From Lama glama (lineage: Eukaryota), in assembly GCA_028534125.1 (NCBI GenBank), contig CM052816.1, positions 71,922,001 to 71,986,000 on the forward strand: a stretch of 64,000 bases of DNA, in the 5' to 3' direction. The position numbers and the translations under genes were made by a program. The notes below the pieces were generated by a model that saw nothing but the letters and a program-made list of their open reading frames with translations, searched no databases and was not told the DNA's origin. Position 1 is the first letter of the stretch, and every line of letters begins with the position of its first letter. This document shows positions 39,588 through 53,170 of this stretch, one piece after another.

Positions 39588-40110
39588 GATGTAGTCTTCT
39601 TTATGCATTAATCTGTTGATGGACACAGGTTGCGTCCATGTCTTGGCAATTGTAAATAACGCTGCTACAAACATTGGGATGCATGTATCTTTTCAAATTA
39701 ATCTTTTCATTTTCTTCAGATATATACCCAGGAATGGAGTTGCTGGTAGTTCTATTTTTAGTGTTTTGAAGAACCACCATACTGTTTACCATGGTGGCTG
39801 CACCACTTTACATTCCCTCCAACACTATGCTAGGGTTCCCTTTTCTCTTTTCTCCATATCCTCACCAACATTGGCTATTTGTGGTCTTTTTGATGATACC
39901 CATTCTGACAGGTATGAGGTGTTAGCCCATTGTGGTTTTGATTTGCACTTCTCTGCTGATTAGTGATGTTGAGCATCTTTTCATGTGTTGACCATCTCTA
40001 TATCTCCTTTGAAAAAATGTCTATTCAGGTCTTCTGCCAATTTTTAAAATCAAGTTGTTTTGTTTTGTTTTGTTTTTTATACTGAGCAGTATGAACTGTT
40101 TGTATAGTAT
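39092..40110 (-). mobile_element. L1 3' end (ORF2 C-terminus plus 3'UTR) with internal (GATA)n
   Basis: ORF 39249-39674 [36 protein letters not shown]; frameshifted; (GATA)n at ~39542-39590. Confidence 0.9.
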
Positions 40111-40439
40111 GGATATTAACCCCTTACAATATGAATAGTTAAGATGTCTATAAACATACAAGGAGACCTACTGGTTATCAGATCCCATTTAAATAAATCA
40201 GGAAGCCCACATAAAAACCTGGGAAAGATTATACTCTCTTACATAACACTGAGTGTTTTAGGAAATTAAAATTAAGTTAAGAATATACTCAGTTCACTGA
40301 AGGGGAAAATAAAGTAGCTCATACTTAACCCACTAGTGAGAACTTATGCATACATCTCTTTTCTATGGAAATATTTTAAGATATACATTGTTCACTGCTT
40401 TATACAGAAAGAAAAAAATCATCTTTTCTTTCATATATG

Positions 40440-40870
40440 AGTTAACATTTATTAAAAACTACCCATATGCTAGGCTCTGTGCTATCAATTCTATATTTAT
40501 TATCTCATTTATTCTCCAAAATAATTCAATAGAGATAAATAAATTATAATCAAACTCAGATAAAGATGCTCTGGCACAGAGAACTAGATAATTGTCCAGA
40601 GTCACACAGCTGAATCAGGTGAAAGGATTAATAGTTACGTCTGGAACCAAAGGCCATTCTTTTAATGGTGATTCTAACCTCTAGAGGAATGGTAACGAGA
40701 GACTTCTTTATCTCATTACATTTTGAAGGGTATCTCTTACCACCTCTGTGTCAGTGACAAGTTCTTTAACCTCTCTGAGCCTCAGTTTCTTCATCTATGA
40801 GAAGTGGTGATATGTAAAGTTTATTATGGTTCCTCAAACATAGAAGATTTTTAGATGCCTGATAAATGTA
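40440..40870. mobile_element. two MIR fragments (- then +)
   Basis: 'aacatttattaaaaactaccc..gtccagagtcacacagct' and 'tttaacctctctgagcctcagtttcttcatctatga'. Confidence 0.7.
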
Positions 40871-42344
40871 TTTTCTGTTCTCCTGCTATAATAAATCTCA
40901 AATCAAGTCTCAGAGATCTAAATTTTTACTATGTCATTGCTTTTCACTAAACCTCAATTCTCTCTTGCTGTGTTGATACTACAAAGTGGCAGAATGATTT
41001 ATAATTTCAGACACATACAAGTTTTAGTCAGATCAGTCAGCATGGTGATATATCAGGAGGGCAAGAGAATACTGACTAAGAAAACGTGGAACAAAAGAAG
41101 TAGACTGTCCTGACTGATGAGATGAAATGTTGCATTTAGAATGATTCCATGAAACATTTTCAGCACAAGCACAGAGAAGTGTCTCCAGCAAGCATTTTTA
41201 ATCTCATGCAAGTGTTAGTATGTATACATGGGAAGGAATATTTATTTGTTAATGCCTTGATTAATTTTGCAAAGGACCTGAGAAAAATTATAAGGCAGAC
41301 TACATATAATAAAATTACAATAAAATAGAAATATGAAAAAAAGCATTAAAGCTTATGTAAGCTGAGGCAGAAATTCAAGACCATATAAACTTAGAAGACA
41401 AAAAAAAAATCAGAATATAAGACCAGGTCAACACAATAATAGAATTTTAAAGTTGGCCCTGATTGCCACAGGCACTAAAGAATCAGATATATAATGCATG
41501 TTGTCTTTAAAGAAGAGGAAGAATGAAAAGAAGAAGGAGAAGGAGAAAGCATGAAGGAATCTTCCCAACTTGTTAGGAAAATGAAAATTTGTCCCAGCAC
41601 TAATTCTAAAATATCTAAAATTCTAAAAATAATAATTAACGTGAAACTGTAGCAGGAGTATTGAGTGATACGGTGAATGACATCTCTGATAAGATTTCTG
41701 TAGCTTCTTGGGTGAATGGCTGAGCTTATGTGAGTTTTGTACTTTTGCATGTTAGTATACTTACTTATACATGAACATGAGTTCATAAATTTATGAGTGT
41801 CATGTGTGAGCTTACATGTAATATGGAAACTGTAGGGAAGTTTAACTTCATGGCCTTTGTACTGTACCCTCTCAAGCCAGATCTTTGTGCTTGGTTCGTA
41901 TTTTGTCCCTATTAACAATTGAAATGCTTTACTTTGAAAGCCCCATTGAAAAAAAAAGATGATTTGACGATCTAAACAGCATTGAAGTATACCAGTACTT
42001 GTCACATCTTAGTGACCAGCTCCTATCTCTTTAATTTGATTATATTAAGATTACTCGCAAGATTTTTCACAGTAAGAAATCAGAATTAGGAAAGCTCTTC
42101 TAAACAAGAAGGAAAGCTAAAAGTTGATTAAAAGCGGCAACACTTTCAACTAGAATCAAAATTACTCATTAATGATCCTCTTTCTCCAGACAAGTTCCAC
42201 GTAGCTCTTACTAAGCTTCTCTAGTAGTAAAATAGAGGTCAAATGCAAATTCCAGTTAGTTTAAGCACTTACAGGCATCATTATATATTTGAATTGATTG
42301 TATATAATTCACTGACTCAAACCTGAACTTTGATTCTATGTTAT

Positions 42345-42870
42345 TTATTTGTTCAATCAACAAATATGTATTGAGCGCATACTATGTGCCAGGATGGATA
42401 TATAACCATAAATAAAACATAATGCCTTTTATCAAGTCTCTTGGGAAGGCAGACGAGTAAATAGAAGGTTGCAAGAGAGCGCAGCTTGTGTTTCTATGCA
42501 TAAGGGAGACGTGGAGGTTTTCTGACCCAGCCTCAGGTGTCAGGGAAGACTTCCTGCCATTTAATTGGAACCCCTATGAATAAATATGAGCTATCCAGAT
42601 GAAAATGCAGGAAACAATGTCCTTCGCAGGGGAAACCATATAGACAAATGTACAAATAACACTGGGAACACTTCAAATGGATTGAAGCCTCAGAGGATGG
42701 CAGGAGAACGTGGTGAGACAAGGAAGGAGTGCCAAGCAAAGGCAGATCAGGGAGGGATTTACATGCTGGAACAAGGAATTTTGATGTTTTTCTTTTTCCC
42801 CGAGTAACATTATTGAAGCGGTTGAAGGATTTTTTCCTAGGGTCAAATCACTATGATTTGTTTACAAAGC
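42345..42870 (-). mobile_element. L2 3' end
   Basis: 'ttcaatcaacaaatatgtattgagcgcatactatgtgccagg...gtcagggaagacttcct'. Confidence 0.8.
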
Positions 42871-42894
42871 ACTAATTATAAGAGATTGAGGCAG

Positions 42895-43780
42895 ACACTA
42901 GTAGTTTCGTATCTAAAATCCTTGCTCCCCATTCTGTTTTAATGTAAACGAACCACACTAAAACACTTAGCTCCTAAGACGCTCTTGAAGCTAGAAATGG
43001 CCATCTGATGCAATTTGGTGTGTGTGGCTAGACCACACTGACCCCGTTTTGTCAGCTCCTTCTTAGGCCCATAGTCCAACCCCTCCCCTTTCTATGTGAC
43101 TGAGCTTTACCCTACTCACGAGGAGCTCGCCCAAGCCAGGTCAGTTGCCTGTCAGCTTTAACCCTTGCCTTCAGCTGAGCTGAAAACTGGAAGAATGCCC
43201 TTTGCTGACACAGATGGTTGATAGTGATCAGCAAGGAATAATGATCATGAGACCCCTGGGGGGGGGGATGGGGGCGGGGAAGGGAACGAAGGGGAAGAGG
43301 GGCAGGGGGAAGAGGGGCAGGCAGCCGGAGCCCTGGTTGCCATCAGTTCGGATGTGCTTCTTCCTTAGTAGTCATAATCTGTCTTTGGCCCCTTTACGTC
43401 CCCCTGTACACTTTTAAGTGCAGCTCAGTGCCACTGCAAATGCTTCTGGATGGTCATCCCCTCACCGTCATACTACCTGTATGTAAATTACCCTCTGCAA
43501 ACTTCATATTCGTACTTTATGGCTCCTTCTCAGTTCAGAGAATATTATTCAGTATCTCTGCCTTCCAACATTTTAACTAATCAGATGTAGGCAGATTCCC
43601 CTTGGAGAGGGCTTGCTATGCTAATACAAAAAAGCAATATAAAAAAGTAAAGCTTCAAAAGGAGGGGGGTTTTGCCTTTTCTCTTTCTCCCTTCCTTCTT
43701 CTTTTCTGAGATGTAGGTGATTCTGAGGATACTGGAACCATCTTGCGTTTATGAGGATAAAAAGCACAATTAAAGACTCC
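42895..43780. mobile_element. old MaLR-like LTR interrupted by a second LTR-like insert (~43019-43575)
   Basis: 'ctcttgaagctagaaatggccatctgatgcaatttgg' resumes as 'ctaatcagatgtaggcaga' and 'ggaaccatcttgcgtttatgagg' after the insert. Confidence 0.45.
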
Positions 43781-44039
43781 AGAAAGATAAAACATGGAGA
43801 CATACTTTCTGTAGAGTATGAATATTTTAGGAATAAATGGAGGAAGACCAGCCTGTTATGCAAATGGAGAAGGAGCTATCGTCGAGGTAAGAAGACAGTA
43901 AAGGCATGGTGCCATTAAGGTCCAGAGAAGAGAACATTCAAGAAAGAGGGAGTGATGAACAGCATGAGAAACAACAGATGTCAAGAGAGGTCATGAACAG
44001 GGATCCTCAAAATAAATGGCTAAATAATTATAATTATTA

Positions 44040-44280
44040 AAATGATAGCTAAATTTATTGATTTATTCTCAGTGTCAGACTCAGTACTAAACGTTTTTCA
44101 TGTATTATATCATTTAGTTTCCCACAATAGCAATAAGAGATAAACCAGGTTATGATCTCCATTTATAAGTGAACATATCACGCTCAGAGAGGCAGATGAA
44201 TTTGTTCAGGGTGACACAGCCAGTATCAGGGCCAGAATTTGTTGATGGCATGGCTTCATGCCTTTAAATTCTGTACACGT
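44040..44280 (-). mobile_element. MIR
   Basis: 'tagctaaatttattga...ctccatttataagtgaac..gctcagagaggcagatgaatttgttcagggtgacacagccagt'. Confidence 0.8.
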
Positions 44281-44879
44281 AATTGTTTCACTATAAAATA
44301 TAGGATGTGTTGGAAAAGAGGAGTGGGATTAGTAATATCTGGAAAGAAACATCATGGACATATTGTGAAGGAAGCTGAATGCCATGCTACGGAATTTGGA
44401 TTTCACTCTGTTAGCCATGGAATGCCATCTAGAGCTTTCCAAGCATGAGTGAGGCAGGACCTAAGCTGCGTTTTAGAAAGACAGCTGGAGGGTTGTGAGA
44501 CATAGATTGAAACGTCAAGAGTCTACATGGTGCAGAACCATCTGGGAGACACATAAATAAATAATCCTCTCAATATTATTCTGTAGCCTGCTTTTATCTT
44601 AATAATACAGCCTGCATAGAATTCCACATCAACACATCTACATCTGCCTCAGTCATCATTTTGGGGGGATAAAATTATTTTATTATAAACAATTAAAAAG
44701 GTGAAAAAATATACAAAATAAAATCCTTATCCTAAAAAAAATTTTTTTAAATAAATACATAAACAGGGATCCTCAGGTATACAAAAAAAAAAGAGGAAGA
44801 AGAAGCTTCTCTGTGTTTTCATCAGTGATCTAAACTTCTCCATGAGCCCTCATCCTACTGAGAAATGGGGAAACCTACA

Positions 44880-45043
44880 CTTTCCAATTAATGATATCAC
44901 CAACTCCTCTGGTTTTGCTTATCTCTGAGTTCACCTGCAGTTTCAGGTGGGTTTTCGGTTCTTGGTAACCAATTCCCACATTAAATTCCTTGTTTTAAAT
45001 TCTCAGATAGGTTTCTAATTTCTGGCTGGACCCTGACTCATCC
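44880..45043 (+). mobile_element. LTR33-like 3' end
   Basis: 'attaaattccttgttttaaattctcagataggtttct..ctggaccctgactcatcca'. Confidence 0.5.
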
Positions 45044-46700
45044 AGCACTAAGCCTTTTGGTCGTGAGCTCCTCTAATGGACATGGACGACTGAAATAGCC
45101 CCTGAGGTATTGCCAAGGAGTGATGGCGGAGCAAAGGGACAAAGGAAGTGATTAATGGCAAGACACTGATTACAGCAATAGATCTTGCAATAGAGCTTGC
45201 ATTTCCGGTCCAGTTCAGTAACACTATGCCAACACCATGTAAAACAAGAAAAGAGACATTGGCACCATCAAACCACACAAAATAAATTCTACTCTGTGTC
45301 TCAATGACCTAGAAATTAGGTCTAAGTGTTTTTTAAAACATCTTGCAGATGTTGTAATTGGTTAAGACAGTAATTACAAGACTTACAGAATTATTTCTAC
45401 ATTGGCCAAGCTCTGAAACTTATGCCAAAAAAAAAAGGTTTTTCTCAGAACTAAGCTCTCTAACATTCATGGATTCATGAGTGGTTATACTTTCAGTGGA
45501 ACTGTAACATTTGATGACCCATTTTTATCTAACGGAACCCCTACAGCAGAGCTCAGTGGTAGTTTTGTTTCCTCAAAGCGTTCGGGCTGTCTGGGAGAGC
45601 GGTGGATGGCAAACTTTAAATGACTGCTCTAAACCTCATTACCATTTCTCTTGGCTCCTCTGTAGCCATTTATTAGCTCTGGGGTATGCGTGTGTGTGTG
45701 TGTGTGCATGTGTGTGCACGTGTGAGAAAGAGAGATATTCCAGTTTCTTGGGCCAGGAAATTGAGTAATAAGTGAGATAAAGTGGTATGTGTGATAAGAC
45801 GAGACCAGCACAATTTGGGGAGTTCCACAATATGCAGTCCGTTCAAACTGATAACGTATATGGATGTGTGCATGCAAAAATTATAACATACATTTGGAGA
45901 GAGAAAGAAAAACTCAAAAGGAGCCAAGAAGAATTCGTCACAAGATTTTTTTCCAATAATAACAATAGAAGAATAACAATGCCACTGGGTATTTCATACT
46001 CAGCTTTTAAACTTTTTTAATCTGAGGAACAATTGAAAAATAGGCCACTATTCTACTTAAGCTGTGTCAAGGAATTGATATTTGCTTAGATATTTTCTGC
46101 ATTTTTCCTGATGTGATTACAGGATACAAAAGTCTGTCCTTACACAAAAATAATCATCCAGGGAAAATGTAAACAATCATATAGAGAATCTTAAGTCTCT
46201 TAGTTGCTTTTAATGGTAACATTTATAGTTTTAGGTTCAGTTGACCAAAATAATGTATCAAATGTATTTAAAAAAAAAAGCTTTCAAGACAGTGGACATA
46301 TTAAACAGTTCTGTGTTTCTTAAACCAGAGACATTTTGAGAGTTGAGGAGTCACTTGTGGGTTTTGTATTTATTTTCTGCCATAATTCATTTCTATCTCT
46401 TTTTCCTGTGATATTTATTTTTCCTACAAAAGCACTTAGGGAAGTACACCATGGTGAAATCTGTTCTTTCATTGGTAAGCCTCCTTTCTCCCTAATTTAA
46501 CAGATAATTCAGATTAGTGTATGGCTCAAAACGCCAAATACATTGTTCTTACTGGCTAGTGAGGCTTGGAGCATGGCTAAGACATATCTAAATACAAATG
46601 ATAGTGTACCAAAAGCAACCATCTCGAGAATTGGTTCATTGCTCTTTCTTGCTGTAGCCATTAACTAAAATCAAATACAAATGTGACACTAATTTTCTCA

Positions 46701-47286
46701 TGTATTAGTTTTCTATTGTTGTATAAGAAGTTATCACAAATTTCACAGCTTAAGACAACACTCATTTGTAGTTCAGTTCTGTAGGTGGGAAGTGCCGACA
46801 TGGTGGGACTGGGTTCTCTGCTCGGGTTATCACGGGACGGAAAGCAAGGTGTCAGCCAGGCTGTTCTCATCTGGAGTCTTTGAGAAAAAATCTACTTCCA
46901 CTCTCATTGTTACTGGCAGAAGTGAGTTCCTTGCAGTCATTGGTCTGAAGTCCTTGTGTCCTTGGTGGCAGAAGCTGGGGACTGCTCAAAGCTCCTGCGG
47001 GCCCCCACACTCCTTCCCACGTGACACTCTCCGTCTTTAAGCCAGCAGTGCTTTGGTCTCATGCTTCAAGTCTCTTGACTTCTGGCTTTGAACTCTTAAA
47101 TCCATCTTTAAAGAGCCCATATGATTAGGTCAGGCCGCTTAATAATCTTCTTATCCTAAAGCCAACTGATTTGGGACCTAAATTACACCTGCAGAATCTC
47201 CTCATAGCAAACCTAGGTTAGTGTGTGAATAACTGAGAAAGTACATAGCCCCCAGAGGCCGGGAATCTTAAAATTCTGCCCACCAT
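46701..47286 (-). mobile_element. MaLR LTR (MLT1D/E-like)
   Basis: 'tgtattagttttctattgttg..cagttctgtaggt..caaggtgtcagccaggctg..ggcagaagtgagttccttgcag..aattctgcccacca'. Confidence 0.85.
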
Positions 47287-49834
47287 ATATTGATTCCTCT
47301 TTCACCTCATTTCTCTACAAAATATATCCTGTCTTACCAAACATCACATATAATAGAGCTTGTAATTAAGTCACACCTAGGACAGAAACAGTGATCTTAA
47401 AAACTAACATTAGACCAAAACCAAATTTTCCTCTACCTCATTCATTTATTCAGTTATATTTGTTGATCATCTGTTATAATCATATCTAATTAGAAAAGAA
47501 TACTGACACTATTTGCCCCAAAATATTTTTTCTAGATTCTTCTTTTTCTACAGGGTCAAAATTTTAGCTAAGCTACTTCATGTTTTTGCTGCCTTGGCAT
47601 CCATTTTGTTTGGCCTGCAGGGACCTTAAAAGGACATTGGGGCAGCCTGTGAGAGGTCCACGTGGCAGGGGACTGAGGTCTCCTCAACGCCTAGCACCTT
47701 CCTGAAATCCACATTCTTCCATTCCACTGCCTGCCTTTGCGTGTTTCCCCAGATAGGAGGATCCATGATTGAGGAAGGCTGACATACAGTATCTTTCAGG
47801 GTTATTCCTGGAGGTCACACACAGTCACTTCCACCATATTCTGTGTCAAAAGTAAGTCACTGAATGTAATAAACAGCCCACCTTTAAGGGAAGTGAAATT
47901 AATCTCCACATTTTTAAGAGGCACAACAATTGATTTGTGGATTTATTTTAACTACCGTAGGAGATTATATAAGAATTCCAAAAGCGTTGTCCCTAATGAG
48001 GACAATTCTGAAACTCAGAGTCTACGAATTTCATTTATTTCTATGAGCAAACACAAATCTACCTTTGAGGGCCAGAATAGAAAATAAAATATTCCATTTA
48101 GAATAGAACCACTCATTCTGAAATATACACATATATTTTTAAGGAAGGAAAGTCTTTCTTTTAAGATAACAGTAAACTCAATTCTTGGTGGCCTTGGAAT
48201 TACATTATTTTTCAATAATTTATATTCATTGATCAGCTGAACGGTTTGACACCTTATTTATGGGCTACTGTGATGGATCACATCTGTTCCCAAAGTAAAG
48301 TAAACAAATTCTCAGTTTAGATAATTAGAGTGAGGGCCCAGATTTGATTATATTTTCTCTTATACTACAGAAATATTTCAGTTTGGAGGATATATTTGTT
48401 TTCTTTTGTTACTGAAAAATTAAACATAATTCTAGAGTAGATCACAATACATATTTTAAAAACAATTCTAGAACATATTTGATAATATTAGCTGACCCTT
48501 AAATACATGTATAGCTGTTTGTATGTATATATATATTATATATTCATATATATATATAAAATACATGTATCTTTAAATCGTTTTACATTTTTTTCTGAAA
48601 CAGGAGCAAAGACTCTTTCTGAACCTATGAGGGAGGGAGGGGGTTTGGGCATGCATGCATGCCTGTGTATATGTAGAAAGAGAGAGTTAGTTCTCAGCAT
48701 CCATGCTTTGGGTGTCATGTGAAATTTATCTAACCTGATGACCTCTTGTAGTTGAACTTCCAACAAAGCGTATATGTGTATCTGGAAAGCACTGACAGAT
48801 GCAAGTAGAATTCATGGTGTCCAGGACTATATCCTATGCACGAAATGCAACCCTTTGCAAACGTTTTATTGAGTCTGACCTAGCTTGTGTAAGAATCATA
48901 ACTTATTAGCCTCTCAGTTATAAAGGAATGAATTCACCTTCATATGTTCTTTAGTAAGTAAGCATTCCCAGAGTTTCATAGTACTGTGGGTCATACCTAC
49001 CTATCAGAGCTCTCCAGCCCCTCTGAAATGAAGTATTCATAATTTAAGGCCAATTATTTTCCTACCAAATGTGACATTGAAACATCATAATGTTTGGGAT
49101 TGAAAATGACAGTGGTTTCAAAGTAGAAGATTTCTGTGTTCTTTTTTCCTCTTTCCCTCCTCCTTTTAATCCATATGCAATAAAGGGTGGGGGTGGGGCA
49201 CGTGATTGAGGTTTACATGCCAGAACTGGACATAGTTTTTGCCTTGAAAAAGCTTTTGTCAAATCATCTGTTATCTCTATATACATTCTTGTGCCTGGTG
49301 CCTGCAAGGATTCATTGATAGCAAGTGCCAAATAATCTTTTGAAATGTTAATAATTAAGAAATTATGTACTTACACACATACATATGCTTACACATATTA
49401 TATACAAGGAGATAAGGCAGAAAAGATCTCATAGTCTTTAATACTATTTTTGTATCCAGATCTGTCATTACCTGCTTCTTAACTGATATGACACTTTAAA
49501 CGAATTTCATTCTGACTCAAGTAATTTAAACCAATGAACACTAACTTCATGAAGTGCTGGGAAAGGTAGAGATACTAAAACGTGATTATTAAGCCAGTAG
49601 ACACAGCCACTACCTTTGATGGCAACAATTAATCCTTATCATTAATGGGCCAATGCTCATCAAAACTCTACCCAGAGTCAGAGCTGTGAACAGTACTACT
49701 TAACGCATGTAGAGACTGAGATGCAGAGGTCAGTAATGTGTCTAATGTAAGTTGATCAGCAAAGTTAAAAGTAGGCCCTTTTTTTTCTGACATTTGTTTG
49801 TTGTTTGTTTCAGTTCCCATTCAGTTTTTTAAAA

Positions 49835-50131
49835 TAATTTTTTGTTGAAATATAGTCAGTTCACAATGTTGTGTTAATTTCTGGTGTACAGCATAGTGAT
49901 TCCGTTATTTCTTTTCATATTCTTTTTCATTATAGGTTATTACAAGATACTGAATATAGTTCTCTGTGGTATGCAGTAGCACTTTATTATCTATTTTATA
50001 TATAGTAGTATCTGCAAATCCTGAACTCCCAATTTATCCCTCCACCCTCTCCTTTCCCCCACCCGGTTACCGTAAGTTTGTTTTCTATGTCTGTGAGTCT
50101 GTTTCTGTTTTGTAAATAAGTTCATTTGTGA
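49835..50131 (-). mobile_element. camelid-type L1 3' end
   Basis: 'ttgaaatatagtcagttcacaatg...tctgcaaatcctgaactcccaatttatccc...gagtctgtttctgttttgtaaataagttcatttgtg', similar to the other copies in the window. Confidence 0.9.
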
Positions 50132-51529
50132 CACTTAGTTTTGAATCTAGGCATCTCAAACAGACCTTTCTTCCTAGGCTCCAAAAATCACATTATAAAT
50201 AATTTCGGACACCAAATACTGAGCTTCTACCAACATGAGGAGGAACTGATTCAGAGGAGTAAGCCATACCATGGTGCACGTTTCGCTGTATCCAGTGCTT
50301 AGATTTCAAATGAAAATTATGATGTCTATGTAATGGCTTTGTATGAAACCACAATCTGACGTGGAGTAACAAAGAGCAGAGCGCTTGCCTTAATAGAGGC
50401 ACAACTTCTCCTCCTTCCAGAGAACACTTCTCAGTGAGATGCAGTCATGTCCGCAGAGGGAGATTAGGTCATGGCAACAGTTTTGGCAATCTGTCACCAA
50501 TAAAATATATTGCCCTCTGGAGTGGTTTAAGAGTAATAAACAAGGTTAAAGTTAAAGTCGCAAAGGAAAGTAATTAAATGCTTTTGAGCATTTAATTGGG
50601 GACCTCTTTTTTTGCAGCGAAGAGGTACAAATATCTACACACCAAACCAAGTCCATGACTTGGTTTAAATTCTGTTGCGGGGTGGGAGCAGGATCTCAGA
50701 CCAAGTGTTTGCTTAATTCAAATAGACAAAAACAAGCAGAATGCTTCTCTTTTCCACTGTTACTGAAGTTGCAGAATAATCTTTAAAGAGCTGATATCTC
50801 TAGCAGTACGGCCTCTAACAAAGCTTGGAAACTTCCGTGAGGACCTAAGTAAGTCAGGAAAGCACAGTTCCTCCTTTTCCCGTGTCAGCACGCTGCAGGC
50901 GGGGCGGGGCACCTGTCTCCCTCGTTCACTGCTGTACTCCCAAGACTGTGGTGAATCTGGCGTAGGGTGACCCTCACTGGATATTTGCTAAGGTTCTACC
51001 AGAAGGCCTTCTCCCCAAACCCACAGAGGAAATAACGAGCTCTAGACAAAGAGATGGACAAAGTACTGGCCACACAAAAGGCAAAATCAGAGGCTACTGA
51101 TTTCAAGTTATTTAGGAGCACTGAAAAAATTCCACTTCTCGAAAAATCGTATCTCTTATGACCAGCAATAAAGACAAGAATTTTATGATTATGGGCTCAC
51201 ATTTATTAAAATTCTACATCTGGGAGAAATAAGACAATGGGCCCGATAACCATTTGTGTTTCCTTGTGAGGAGGGCTTAATATGCCTGCCTATTGCCCTT
51301 TAGAGAGAGACACAGAGAGGGCTCACTTGTATTCAAAACTCAGCTCCTCCAAGAGGGAGGTCACTCCTACCCTTTGTCATCCACCCCATCCAAGCCCTAT
51401 CCCACTGAACTGTAATTACCCATTTAAGTGTCAGTCTGCCCTACTAAGCAGTAAGGCTTTGAAAGCACAGGTTATGTTGTTCATTGCTCTATTCTTTATT
51501 TAAAACCATGCCTGGCATATTTTTGATGC

Positions 51530-51604
51530 TGTATAAGTCTGGGTTCTCCAGAGAAATAGAACCAATAGTAGATAGGTAGTTCAGTAGGTCGGTAGGTAGG
51601 TAGG

Positions 51605-51652
<48 letters not shown>

Positions 51653-52101
51653 AAGATAGATGATGGATAGACAGATAGACAGATAGATGATAGAAAGACA
51701 GATGAGACAGAAAGAGGGAGGAGAGACTTACTATAGGACTGGCCTACTCCATCTGCCATCTACAAGCTGGAGAGCCAGGAAAGCCAGCGGTGTAATTCAG
51801 TCCAAGTTGAAAACCTTGAGAACCAAGAGCACTAACATTCTTGGACAGGAGAAGCTGGATGTCCCAACTCAAGCAGAGAGCAAAGGTGCCCTTCCTCCTC
51901 CTTTTTGTTCCAATTAGACCCTCAACAGATTGCATGGTGGCCACCTGCCTTGCTGAGTGTGGGTCTTCTATCTCAGTCTACTGATTCAAATGCTGATCTC
52001 TTCTAGAAACGCCCTCACAGACACACCCAGGAAAAATGTTTGACCAGCTCGCTGGGCATCCCTTAGCTCAGTCAAGCTGACACACAAAATTAACCATCAT
52101 A
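51530..52101 (-). mobile_element. MLT2 (ERVL) solo LTR with 5-bp TSD and expanded (GATA)n, inserted in an L2 3' end
   Basis: termini tgtataagtctgggttctccagagaa ... tgacacacaaaattaaccatcata; GATGC at 51525-51529 and 52102-52106. Confidence 0.92.
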
Positions 52102-52287
52102 GATGCTAATTCATTATTTAATAAATCAGTATTGAATACTTAGGATACAATTTTAGACAAAGTCGCCATGGCAAGTGAAGGGAGAAGGAAAGAAAAAGAG
52201 AGAAAACATTGCAGAATCGACAACAGCGTCTTCATCCACCCAGAAGAGATACAACTGCAGTGAAGGCTCCTGGAATTCAGTAGTAGA

Positions 52288-52625
52288 GCAGGGCCTTGTT
52301 CCCCGCAAATGTGAGGAAGGGCCTTCCCTGCCTCCTCTAGCGTCTAGTGGTTGTTGGCAATCCTTGGTGGTCCTCGTCTTGTAGCTGCATCCCTCCATCC
52401 TCTGCCTCTGTCTTTGTATGGTCTTCTCTCCTGTGTGTCAGTGTCTCTGCGTCCCAACTTTCCTCTTCTTGTAAGGGCACCAGCTGTATTGGATTTAGGG
52501 CTCATCCTAATCCAGTATGACTTAACTTAGTTTGATTGCATCTGCAAAGACCATATTTCTAAATAGAGTCATATTCACAGGTTGCAGGCGGACATAAATA
52601 TTCAGGGGACACTATTCAACCAAGC
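52288..52625 (-). mobile_element. MLT1B/C-like MaLR LTR fragment
   Basis: 'ggcaatccttgg..cttgtagctgcatc..tattggatttagggctcatcctaatccagtatgac..catctgcaaagacc..ggggacactattcaacc'. Confidence 0.85.
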
Positions 52626-52929
52626 TTAATAGCTAAAGAAACATAGAAACTAATCTATGTTTATTTGTTGACCTTCACAATTTTACAAAATTTCCTACAA
52701 TGCCTATAGCACTGAAGAAAGGGGGAAATGATGTACATTTAAGGCAACTGCAGGCCCTAGGGCGAGCGAATATTGGAGAGTTGCCTTTAATATCTGTCAG
52801 ATTATACCACTAGAGACTGCTGGATAAAACTAAACCTGATTCTGATTCAAGATTTTATCATTCAAAATAATATTTCTCTTTGTCACGAAATCAATTACTA
52901 CAAATGTTTATATAGGTTTGTGCTATAAA

Positions 52930-53170
52930 GAAGCTATGTAGTTTAACTAGGAAATGTGACAGACCGCAGAACCCAGGGTCAGGTTCAAACTCCACTACTT
53001 ACACTGGGGTGGGAGGATGGACTCTCTGCCTCAGTTTCCTCATCTGTTAAATGGGGATACTAACAGAAATTCCTAATATTGGTATAGGATTTAACGAGTT
53101 GATATATATGAAGTGTTTGGAAAAATGCCTGACAAAAAAGCAACCATCTCTAAAAGTTAGCAAAGATTAT
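52930..53170 (+). mobile_element. MIR
   Basis: 'ctctctgcctcagtttcctcatctgttaaatggggatactaacag'. Confidence 0.8.

Noticed and set aside
41475..42005. 176-aa - strand ORF
   Set aside because: Non-ATG start, low-complexity tail, no recognisable homology or splice signals
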